Origin: a virus
Lineage: Duplodnaviria > Caudoviricetes
IMG/VR virus record: IMGVR_UViG_3300033475_000057
Coordinates: 1 to 44,126 of that record
Direction: 5' to 3' (one strand)
Length of the DNA: 44,126 nucleotides
Shown: piece after piece, positions 36,590 to 44,126 of the stretch
Position numbering within the stretch: position 1 is the stretch's first letter
Layout: each line of letters starts with the position of its first letter
Notes under the pieces: generated by a model
Databases searched by the model: none
What the model saw: only the letters and a program-made list of their open reading frames with translations
What the model was told of the DNA's origin: nothing
Position numbers and translations under genes: made by a program

Positions 36590-36784
36590 TCAGCTGACGA
36601 GCTCAGCCTTCGCCTGCTTGATCTGCTCTTCGATATCCATACGCTTCAGCTTCTTCACTGCCTCACGGCCTTTCTGGCTCAGCAGTGAATCCAAAACAGC
36701 GCCAGGCTGGGACAGCGCGAACTGCAGCGTGTCAATGCGGCCCTTCAACTCAGTGCGTTCATGCGCGGTCAGCGTCTTGCTCAT
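36590..36784 (-). CDS. Hypothetical protein
   Basis: ATGA-coupled within the head operon. Confidence 0.6.
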   Translation of the reverse strand: MSKTLTAHERTELKGRIDTLQFALSQPGAVLDSLLSQKGREAVKKLKRMDIEEQIKQAKAELVS

Positions 36785-37101
36785 GGTGTTTCTCCATTGT
36801 CGTTTTCTTCCATGTCCCGAATCTCGAATAGCTTCTCATCGGTCAGGTCTAGGATCTGTTGCAAATATAGCAAAACTTCCTGCTTCCCGTGCAGCTTTCC
36901 GGTCTGGTACATGTCGGTCGCGCCGTGCTTATCGGTTGCAATCGGCAGCGTTCCCGCGTTGCAATACTCGCGCAGATCATCGAGCACGGTCTGGCGCTGC
37001 TTCGTTGTCGACCTGTTGTTTAAAAACAACGCACGATATGCTGCGCGCAAATTCCACCAGCGATGGAACAGAGACCTCGGCTTTTCAGTCGCTGAGCTCA
37101 A
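36781..37101 (-). CDS. Bbp19-like head-operon protein
   Basis: YRALF...VLDDLREYC...GKQEVLLYLQQIL pattern between portal and scaffold. Confidence 0.75.
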   Translation of the reverse strand: MSSATEKPRSLFHRWWNLRAAYRALFLNNRSTTKQRQTVLDDLREYCNAGTLPIATDKHGATDMYQTGKLHGKQEVLLYLQQILDLTDEKLFEIRDMEENDNGETP

Positions 37102-37256
37102 TGCAGCACCCTTTCATCATACTGCTCGAGCCAATCGTCGAGCGCTTCTGCCTCATCGTCGCCATGACCGACGAACTCAGGGAAGGCATCACAGAAGGCA
37201 ACCTGTCCCGGCGTCGCGTCGTCGTAGCAATCGACGATCAGCGTGATCGGCGTCAT
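37098..37256 (-). CDS. Acidic 52-aa HicB-N-terminal-like protein (not in ORF track)
   Basis: MTPITLIVDCYDDATPGQVAFCDAFPEFVGHGDDEAEALDDWLEQYDERVLH; start overlaps the portal stop and stop overlaps the next start. Confidence 0.6.
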   Translation of the reverse strand: MTPITLIVDCYDDATPGQVAFCDAFPEFVGHGDDEAEALDDWLEQYDERVLH

Positions 37257-38926
37257 ACGACGGCCGGAGCAGGGCCTGCAGGAACGGCAGCGGCCATGGC
37301 TTGAGCTTGAGATAGGTTCTTGGCGGTTTCGGCAATCACGGGCGCGGCCTGGATCAACTGCTGTGCCTGCGCGGCCTGTGCATTCTGCTCGTCGATCTGC
37401 TCCATTTCCTCGTCGGAATAGAGAATCTTGGCCGGCGCGCCATTGACATCGAAAATGACCTTTGTGGCCTCGTCAATGTTGACGCGCTTGAACACGCGTG
37501 CGCCAGCCTCCGGGCCCATGGCCGCGGCAATCGGTGCCAGCTGCTCGAAGGAGCGCAGGATCGCCACGCCTTCCTCAGCACGGCGTGCACGCGACAGCGG
37601 AGAGTCGAACTCGATAGCGTAGAGGCCGCCGGCTTCCATCAGCTTCTGTGGCATTTCAGGCAACTGGTCGGCAGCCGCCAGAATGTCGATCTCGCGATGG
37701 ATCATCGGCGTCAGGAACTCAGCCTCGATACGCGAGCCGGTCGGGCCAACAAGCTGGCCTTTCTCCTGCGCACGCAGCATGGCTTCGGTCGCCGTGATGT
37801 TCGGCTTATCGACCAGGATCTGGAACAGCGTGTTCAGCAAAGCGTCATTCACGACAGAGCGCTTTTGCTGGATCAGTTCTTCGCTGATGCCAAGGTCGCC
37901 GCCGACATCCAGCGGCATGGCCTTGGGCTTACCCTGATCATCGACCCAGCCCGGATTGAACGCAGCCGGCGTCATGCGGATAGCGCCGCCACCGATACCG
38001 TCACGCGCTGCGATCATGGGCGGGAGTGCCTTCAGCTGGGCAGCCTGCACGGTGTCGCGCATCATGACGTTCAGCATCTTCACGTCGGGCAGGATGGTCA
38101 TGCATGGCGAACGTCCATAGACCTCGCCAGGCACCAGATCATAGCGCGCCGTCGGATAGGGGAAGGTACGGAAACCGCCTTCGTCGATCAGTTCGCGTGT
38201 TTCATAGAGGATGAAGTACGAAACAAACTCCATGCCATGATAGTCGCGACGCGATACGTCGGCATTTGCACGCGGTTTGACGCAATGCAGGAAGCGGAAC
38301 TCCTGATCGCCACGGCCCTTTTCGACAGCATCCTTGACGCGCGATGGCGTCTTTGCACCCCACATCATGACGGCCTGGCGCGCTGTCCAGAACCAGTCGC
38401 GATGCACAAGGTCGACATTGCCGAACTGGTTCTCGGCAAAGTACAGCTGCTTCATCGGAATGGCGCGGTAGTACAGCCCCTTGCCGACGTTCTCGCCGAC
38501 GAACATGGACATTGAGCCGAACTTGCCAGACGTGTAGTAGCAGCCCTGCACCTCGGAATCGAAGTTCGCTGCATAGCGCGCTGCGAACAAGCGCTTGTTC
38601 ACCTCATCGGTGTAGCGCTTGACTTCGATGTCCTCAGCCAGTGATTCATCGGTCGGCTTGATGTTGGCCCAAATCTGTGCACGCGGCGTGACCAGCGAAT
38701 GCATGGCCGCCTTGAATCGGTCGAGCGCGAGGCCAGGCGTTGCGTCGAATACCTTTTCCTGATTCGGCTTTCCCTTGCTGGTCTTTGGCGATGTCTTGTT
38801 GCCGAACTCGACACGGCTCGGCTGGATACGATCATCGATCTCCTGCCATACCTGCTCAACAGCGGCCCGACTGGTGATCAGGCGCGAATGGAAGTCGATG
38901 CACTCGGTCGCGCGGCTATCCGCCAT
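37253..38926 (-). CDS. Portal (head-tail connector) protein
   Basis: GEVYGRSP, ITATEAMLRAQEK...GPTGSRIEAEFLTPMI, IEFDSPLSRA. Confidence 0.95.
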   Translation of the reverse strand: MADSRATECIDFHSRLITSRAAVEQVWQEIDDRIQPSRVEFGNKTSPKTSKGKPNQEKVFDATPGLALDRFKAAMHSLVTPRAQIWANIKPTDESLAEDIEVKRYTDEVNKRLFAARYAANFDSEVQGCYYTSGKFGSMSMFVGENVGKGLYYRAIPMKQLYFAENQFGNVDLVHRDWFWTARQAVMMWGAKTPSRVKDAVEKGRGDQEFRFLHCVKPRANADVSRRDYHGMEFVSYFILYETRELIDEGGFRTFPYPTARYDLVPGEVYGRSPCMTILPDVKMLNVMMRDTVQAAQLKALPPMIAARDGIGGGAIRMTPAAFNPGWVDDQGKPKAMPLDVGGDLGISEELIQQKRSVVNDALLNTLFQILVDKPNITATEAMLRAQEKGQLVGPTGSRIEAEFLTPMIHREIDILAAADQLPEMPQKLMEAGGLYAIEFDSPLSRARRAEEGVAILRSFEQLAPIAAAMGPEAGARVFKRVNIDEATKVIFDVNGAPAKILYSDEEMEQIDEQNAQAAQAQQLIQAAPVIAETAKNLSQAQAMAAAVPAGPAPAVV

Positions 38927-38938
38927 GTCAGTCTCCGA

Positions 38939-39142
38939 TCAGCCCAGCAGCTGCTTGGCAGCGACACTGCCAGCCGTGGTGCCCTGCGTGCTCGCGCCCG
39001 TGTCAGTGGCCGCAGCGCCTTGGCGGCGACGCATGATGTCAGACGTTGAGCGGTCGACGATTTCCTGATTGACGACAGGCGTCTGAACCTCGGTCGGGGC
39101 CGGCATTTGCTGCACCTTTGGGGAACTGAACAAAGCGGTCAT
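38939..39142 (-). CDS. Small virion protein upstream of portal
   Basis: LFSSPK...RRRQG...KQLLG, typical of podovirus pre-portal genes. Confidence 0.8.
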   Translation of the reverse strand: MTALFSSPKVQQMPAPTEVQTPVVNQEIVDRSTSDIMRRRQGAAATDTGASTQGTTAGSVAAKQLLG

Positions 39143-39151
39143 GTGATCACC

Positions 39152-40675
39152 TCATGCGTAAATATCCCAGGACGTGTCGGCCCTGGTTGGAATTTCGGCG
39201 ACATCGTAACACGGCACAGCGAAGGTTAGGGCAAGACTATCAGCACGGTCAGGCGACTTAACCCCGCGTTTCTTCGCATCGTCTTTCGATTCCATCAGCA
39301 ACTCGCCGCCTCTGAATTCGTATTGCAGCGCTGTCAGGTCTGTCGAGAGATCAGGATCGTTCGGTAGCGTCGCACCGTTCTTGAGGTATTCGCGCATGTC
39401 GCGCCAGGTGCGGGCCCGGAGATTGTAGTTCTGCCCATCAGACAGACGGATCGATGAATTAACATCAACGACGATATGCCGGAAGTCACGACGCAGGATG
39501 TCAGCCACCCCTGCCCCGATGCCGATGGTATCGACAGCGATCTGGCTTGGCCGCTCGCCCCATGTCATCGCCACATCCTTGACGCGGCCGGCGACATCAA
39601 CCACGTCGCACTTGCCGAACACGATCTGCGGATAGACAACACGGCCCTTTCGGAGCGTGATGACCGTCTTGTCGTCACCGAAGCGGGCCACGTCTACGCC
39701 GATCTGCAGCGGGCCCTCAGCGCGAACGTCTGCCACACCTCGCGCCATACAGGCTGTAACGATGTCGCCAGCGATCCATGCATTGGTGACGGATGCCGTG
39801 TAGTCACGGTCGATTTCCTGCGCGACGATCACAGGGTCAAGCGTTGCCTTTTGGCGCTCGTACCAGGCATGATCTTTGCGTGGATCATCCTTCCAGTCGA
39901 ACACGAACACCGGGATCTTGCCGCCATGGCGCTTGCGATAAAACGGATTGCCAGCCCCGTTCGGCGTGCTCACATCGATCTTGCAGTTGGATGTCTGGCT
40001 CAGAGCGGCATCGATCGATTCTGGCTGCTCGTAGAACGCACTCTCGTCCTTGAAGTACAGCGATGTCCGGTTGCCGCGGCCGATGTTCGTGCCGGCTTCA
40101 CCAACCACCGCAGAGCCATCCTGCGGATTGGTGATGCGCATCGATGGCGCATGCGTGCGCTCGTTGTAGCCCTTCGGCAGGAACTCTACGGGCAGGAGCC
40201 TGATGAGCTCGCGCAGCTTCCAGAACAGCGATTTCGGATCGCCGAGCTTATCGACATATTCCTCTTTCCGCGATCCGAAACCGACGACTGTGCCAGGGTG
40301 GAACAGCCAGAACCAGGCCGCCACGCCAACGCAGAGCCATGACAGGCCCATATCGCGGGATTTCTCGACCAGGCCGTCCTCACGCCTGCGCCAGCGCTCG
40401 ACAAGCCAGTCGACGCACTCGACTTGACGCGGGAACAGCATGAACGGAACGACGGCCGGCAGGCCGATTTCAGGCAGGCGCGGATCGAAGGTGCAGGACC
40501 AGTCGTGCAGGAAATGCGCCGGATGCTGGGCGTAGAACTTTTTCAGGCCTTCCAGAAGGCCAGGCGTTGCCCGTATCTGCTCGAGGCGACGCTTGCGCTC
40601 GATCCAGACAGCATCATAGGCCGGTGACTTCCAATCCCAGCCAGTAGGGAACCAGAGCTCGGGCTTATCGCTCAC
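39152..40675 (-). CDS. terL: Terminase large subunit
   Basis: EKSRDMGLSW, GRGNR...DESAF, STPNG, GVDVARFGDD, SPDRADSLALTF. Confidence 0.97.
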   Translation of the reverse strand: MSDKPELWFPTGWDWKSPAYDAVWIERKRRLEQIRATPGLLEGLKKFYAQHPAHFLHDWSCTFDPRLPEIGLPAVVPFMLFPRQVECVDWLVERWRRREDGLVEKSRDMGLSWLCVGVAAWFWLFHPGTVVGFGSRKEEYVDKLGDPKSLFWKLRELIRLLPVEFLPKGYNERTHAPSMRITNPQDGSAVVGEAGTNIGRGNRTSLYFKDESAFYEQPESIDAALSQTSNCKIDVSTPNGAGNPFYRKRHGGKIPVFVFDWKDDPRKDHAWYERQKATLDPVIVAQEIDRDYTASVTNAWIAGDIVTACMARGVADVRAEGPLQIGVDVARFGDDKTVITLRKGRVVYPQIVFGKCDVVDVAGRVKDVAMTWGERPSQIAVDTIGIGAGVADILRRDFRHIVVDVNSSIRLSDGQNYNLRARTWRDMREYLKNGATLPNDPDLSTDLTALQYEFRGGELLMESKDDAKKRGVKSPDRADSLALTFAVPCYDVAEIPTRADTSWDIYA

Positions 40676-41136
40676 GGCTTGGTGCCCGCGAGGATGAGTT
40701 TGTAGGCTTCGTCAGGGCTGACAGTCACGTTGGACTGGATAGCAGGCAGGTCGTCAGCACCGCCGATGGCGAGTTTGTCGCCGTAGCGCTTAGGCAACAG
40801 CTTAGACAGCAGCCATTTGCGCGTATCGACACGCAAGCGAGAGCGGGCAATCACATCATGGTCGGTGCGTGTATTGCCTTCCTCATCGACATAGGTGTCA
40901 TTGCTCCCATCATCAGCGATCACCAGCAACTCGGCAGCCAGGTCATGAGCTCGGCGCTCTAATGCGCGCGCGTACTGTTCCGCAGCATCCGGGTGCTTGT
41001 CGGCCCATCGAAGGAACGTGGATGACGTTGTGCCCTCAGCAGTGCAAGCTGCACGCAACACTTCGCCGTCCGCAACGCGTTCACACACGCGCAGAAACAG
41101 GGCAGGGTCGTATCCGTTGGTTTTCGGTTTAGGCAT
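40672..41136 (-). CDS. terS: Terminase small subunit
   Basis: EQYARA...IADD...RSRLRVDTRKWLLSKLLPKRYGDK. Confidence 0.93.
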   Translation of the reverse strand: MPKPKTNGYDPALFLRVCERVADGEVLRAACTAEGTTSSTFLRWADKHPDAAEQYARALERRAHDLAAELLVIADDGSNDTYVDEEGNTRTDHDVIARSRLRVDTRKWLLSKLLPKRYGDKLAIGGADDLPAIQSNVTVSPDEAYKLILAGTKP

Positions 41137-41173
41137 GTTGTGAAATCTACATCATCAGTTGCGTTTTCGCAAC
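41137..41173 (-). promoter_or_regulatory. Late promoter for terS, probably leaderless, with operator palindromes
   Basis: Minus strand TTGCGA-17-TAGATT ending 7 nt before the ATG; near-perfect palindrome gttgcgttttcgcaac at 41158-41173. Confidence 0.65.
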
Positions 41174-41210
41174 AGTGCGAAGCGAGGCGGGAATTCCCAT
41201 GTCGGTCGCC

Positions 41211-41408
41211 CATGACACCGTGACGCAGTGACAGCGATTTCCTATGCGGGGGCGTTTTTCTCGCGGGCGGGTACGATCAACCTCTTCCCCTATATTTCTA
41301 CTACTATATATATTAAGTGTCATAGGTGTCATAGGTGTCTTTATAGGTGTTATATCAATGAGTTACGATGTGACGCTTGTTTTAGTAAGTGACGCCTAGG
41401 TGTCGCTT
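41211..41408. other. Putative replication origin
   Basis: TGAC(A/G)C / GTGTCA iterons (gtgtcatag x2 plus variants, 41317-41354; opposite copies at 41212-41235), AT-rich core at 41291-41316, IHF-consensus TATCAAtgagTTA at 41353-41365; directly after the primase-helicase. Confidence 0.6.
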
Positions 41409-43727
41409 TGGGCACAAAAGCATGCGTGCCGATCCGGTGCGTTTCGACTTCTTGCCGTTCATGTCTCGGATGACAATTGCCGCCTTCGTGCATTCTGAAA
41501 CGGTAGGTGTCACACGACCGAGCTCTTTTAGGACATCTGTGGCACTCACCCAGCGCCATAAACTCGGCGCATCTGACCATGATAAACCTGTCTGAATGAG
41601 CTCCTGGATTGGGTCTATTACCTCGAAATCCTTGTTGTGAGCATTCAGGCTTTCCATTTCCTCAGGCTGCAGAAACCATGATTCTCCGGCCTTGTAATCG
41701 GCGGCAATCTCTGCCCAAACCTGCTGCATATCGAGGTTGTGGCTGTGGTCTATGGCCTCACATTCAATAGTCCAATAGCGCCGGTTGCCGGTCGGATCAT
41801 GCAGGAATTGCTTCGGATTAACCGATGCGAAAAACACAGTGCGGCGGGCATATTCCGACTCTTTGCGGGCAAAGGCGCGGCGCAGGATATCGCGGTCGCG
41901 GGTGATGAAAGCCTTGAGCGCTGCGATGTCAGACTTGCGGAATGTGGCATCCAGTTCGCCGAGCTCAACCAGCCAGTTGCTGACCGTCTGCTTTACGCTG
42001 TCGCGGTCGTCCGGCTTGAGAATTACACCGTCCTGAACCAGGCCGAGCTCTGCTGGAACCAGCGACTTGAACCACTTGGTTTTGCCGAGGTACTGATCGC
42101 CCTGAAACACCAGCACGCCATGAGCGCTGACGCCGTTATCTCGATAGGCTCCGGCCACGGCTGAAATCATCCAGCGGCGGATGAATGCGTTTTTCATGGT
42201 GCCGACGTTCTCGTTCAGATCCTCGCCGACAGCTGTGATCGTGGCGGCCAGCTTATGGAAACGGCGTATGCCGTCCCATGGCTTCGACTCGATCCAGCGA
42301 ACGACGGGATTGTATTGGTTCAGGTCGGCAAGATAGGTCGCGAAGGAAGGCACCTGCTCGGTTGGCATGCGGAATTTTGCACACTCGGAAATCAACCATG
42401 CGATTGAGGCATTGGCGCGGTTGTCTACCGTAAATCCGACGCTAGGGATCAGTAGCTCCTCGTCCTTGCTGATGACGTTGTAGCGGATATTCACGCCAAG
42501 CCTGCGGCAGACCTCGCGCAGATTGTCGATAGTCGCGAGTGGCTTGCCCTTGTCGTTGCAGTTCGGCAGCCAGGTCATGTAGTCGATAGAATCGTCTGCC
42601 AAGATCACGTCGGCCGCCGGGCTGGGCCGTGTTGCCACGGGGGGAAACCCAGACTCCGGCGGTTTCTCGACGGCAGCGCCCGAGGTGAAAGGAGGTAATG
42701 CCCCTGCGCTGCTGCCAGTGTTATTTTCCGCGCCGGCGGATGGGGCACTTGCTGGCTTGTCCCGTTCGACCGGCTGTGAGCCGGTAGGGCGCGTATCGGG
42801 TGCGCCAGGCCCTGTCGGGTTGGACGGCGCTGTCTGGCCGTCAAAGCATGCGCGGACGGCTGGAAGCCCTTCGCTCACATGCAGATCGTTGAAATCGGTG
42901 CCGCGGTCGGCGGTGGTGAAGCGTGGCACGGCGAGCTCGGCATCGACAGCCGTGGCTGCCGCGGTCGCATAGGTGATGCCAGGATTGCCGTCAGTGAATG
43001 CATCATCATCCGCGGCTATGATCAGCCGAGCATCAGGCAGCGCGGCGCGGATTTTTTTTGCCACAGCCTCGAGATTGCCCGCCGAGAACGCGACGACAAC
43101 GCACCATTCGGTTGCCATATGGATGCTGCAGCCGGTCGCCCAGCCTTCGCAGATCACCACGGGCCCAGATGGCGTCGGCTTACCGAGCACGGTATAGGCA
43201 CCGGCTGCCGGCGTGCCTGTCTTGAACTTACGGCTTCCGTCCGGCTGGATGATCTGCAGGCCGACCAGCGCGCCAGGGCCGTGCCGCATCGGGATCAGCA
43301 GCATATCCTTGAGGCGACGCGCACCGATGCAGGCGACTTGCTTGCGGGCTGCGTATGGATGGCTGATATCGTCGGCGCGGGCTGCGTCCCACATGGTGGC
43401 GGATTCTGCGGCGGCCCGAGCGGTCGCCAGGCGGCGCTCCTCGTCACGCTGAGCCTCGAGCTCCTGCATGCGCTTGCGCCACGCTTGCTTTTCCTCCGGC
43501 GTGAATTCGCGCTGCTCGCTGGACTTCCAGGTGACATCGACACCGCCACGATTGCAGCCAAAGCGGCCGGCTGGGCGCTCGTCATCGTGCAGGACATACC
43601 AGCCTGCGTCGTCTGATTTTTTGCCGTTGCTGCTGAATCGGTGCAGCTTCCCATCGCCTTTGATTGCGTCTGGCGGCGTCAGGCCAGCAGCCGCGATTGC
43701 GGCCTTAAATTTTTCTGCCGCGCTCAT
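41382..43727 (-). CDS. Toprim primase fused to VirE/VapE-family helicase
   Basis: VICEGWATG, IIAADDD, GTDFNDL (Toprim); QGDQYLGKT, ELGEL, DPTGNRRYW (VirE). Confidence 0.93.
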   Translation of the reverse strand: MSAAEKFKAAIAAAGLTPPDAIKGDGKLHRFSSNGKKSDDAGWYVLHDDERPAGRFGCNRGGVDVTWKSSEQREFTPEEKQAWRKRMQELEAQRDEERRLATARAAAESATMWDAARADDISHPYAARKQVACIGARRLKDMLLIPMRHGPGALVGLQIIQPDGSRKFKTGTPAAGAYTVLGKPTPSGPVVICEGWATGCSIHMATEWCVVVAFSAGNLEAVAKKIRAALPDARLIIAADDDAFTDGNPGITYATAAATAVDAELAVPRFTTADRGTDFNDLHVSEGLPAVRACFDGQTAPSNPTGPGAPDTRPTGSQPVERDKPASAPSAGAENNTGSSAGALPPFTSGAAVEKPPESGFPPVATRPSPAADVILADDSIDYMTWLPNCNDKGKPLATIDNLREVCRRLGVNIRYNVISKDEELLIPSVGFTVDNRANASIAWLISECAKFRMPTEQVPSFATYLADLNQYNPVVRWIESKPWDGIRRFHKLAATITAVGEDLNENVGTMKNAFIRRWMISAVAGAYRDNGVSAHGVLVFQGDQYLGKTKWFKSLVPAELGLVQDGVILKPDDRDSVKQTVSNWLVELGELDATFRKSDIAALKAFITRDRDILRRAFARKESEYARRTVFFASVNPKQFLHDPTGNRRYWTIECEAIDHSHNLDMQQVWAEIAADYKAGESWFLQPEEMESLNAHNKDFEVIDPIQELIQTGLSWSDAPSLWRWVSATDVLKELGRVTPTVSECTKAAIVIRDMNGKKSKRTGSARMLLCPKRHLGVTY

Positions 43728-43777
43728 ACACTGTGAGCGCAGAGGCAGTTTTGCAGAATAGGTGCGCGCGGGTTCAT
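43724..43777 (-). CDS. 17-aa coupling mini-ORF
   Basis: MNPRAPILQNCLCAHSV; ATGA overlaps with both the upstream gene and the primase start. Confidence 0.4.
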   Translation of the reverse strand: MNPRAPILQNCLCAHSV

Positions 43778-43905
43778 ACCAACCCCAACGCGATCAGAAT
43801 GCCGAGCAATAGAAAAACGAAGGCGTATTCAACGCCGCAATAAATACCGATGAGGCCCGTCGCCATCAGCACAGCGACGACCACAGCATGCAGAATTTTT
43901 TTCAT
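43774..43905 (-). CDS. Small membrane protein (43 aa)
   Basis: MKKILHAVVVAVLMATGLIGIYCGVEYAFVFLLLGILIALGLV; two hydrophobic segments. Confidence 0.6.
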   Translation of the reverse strand: MKKILHAVVVAVLMATGLIGIYCGVEYAFVFLLLGILIALGLV

Positions 43906-43924
43906 TAAAGCCCCCAACCATAGG

Positions 43925-44003
43925 CACCGAATGTAGGAAAAGTGGAACCGGGAACGCTGGTCGGTGACACCAGCCTTTCGGTGGCGGGTAGCTAACCCGT
44001 CCC
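43925..44003 (-). ncRNA. Structured 5' leader of the primase operon
   Basis: Three-way junction (gggac/gttccc, cgggt/acccg, gctggt/accagc) plus caccgaa complementary to a downstream ttcggtg. Confidence 0.5.
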
Positions 44004-44021
44004 TATCCCAGCCCACGACTC

Positions 44022-44051
44022 ATAGTAGCGAAATGATGTGATTTTCGCAAT
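44022..44051 (-). promoter_or_regulatory. Promoter for the primase operon with operator
   Basis: Minus strand TTGCGA-17-TACTAT; palindrome gatgtgattttcgcaat at 44035-44051 (also present at 23-52). Confidence 0.7.
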
Positions 44052-44126
44052 GTCTGGTGTGTTGTATTTATCAGACAGTGCTAGCGGTCAGAACGGGCAA
44101 TCTACGTCTGCGCCACTCTGCTGCGG

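Noticed and set aside
20395-43761. Many long plus-strand ORFs opposite the structural and replication genes (e.g. 20395-21303, 30807-31763, 37697-38515, 39476-40342)
   Set aside because: They are antisense shadows of well-supported genes in GC-rich DNA, with no motifs or RBS support.
43925-44003. Hammerhead ribozyme
   Set aside because: It is a three-way junction with GAAA, but the CUGANGA core is missing.
44000-44126. 127-bp terminal repeat as a biological direct terminal repeat
   Set aside because: The length equals a common assembly k-mer and it cuts through a CDS end far from the terminase region. It is best read as a circularisation overlap.

Overview
The window is an apparently complete, circular temperate phage genome of about 43,999 bp. 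Positions 1-127 repeat exactly at 44000-44126, most likely an assembly overlap. The virion module is podovirus-like, of the BPP-1/epsilon15 type: terS, terL, portal, scaffold, major capsid, Bbp16-like cement, tail adaptor and nozzle, three large ejection proteins, tail fibre and SGNH esterase. It also has a holin/lysozyme/embedded-spanin lysis cassette, a cro/cI switch, YqaJ-RecT recombination, an SF2 helicase, a VRR-NUC nuclease, a Toprim-VirE primase-helicase and a tyrosine integrase. The attP core encodes the PMMDWT motif of DusA, suggesting integration into host dusA. The most unusual element is a counter-oriented cassette at about 790-1627. It has its own sigma70 promoter, then a ~270-nt end-paired structured RNA holding a tRNA-Lys(UUU)-like anticodon arm and ten AAG triplets spaced 7-9 nt apart, then a coiled-coil protein resembling the DIP1984-like family. 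This is a candidate undescribed ncRNA-protein system. All family assignments come from motif recognition by eye; no database search or folding program was run.
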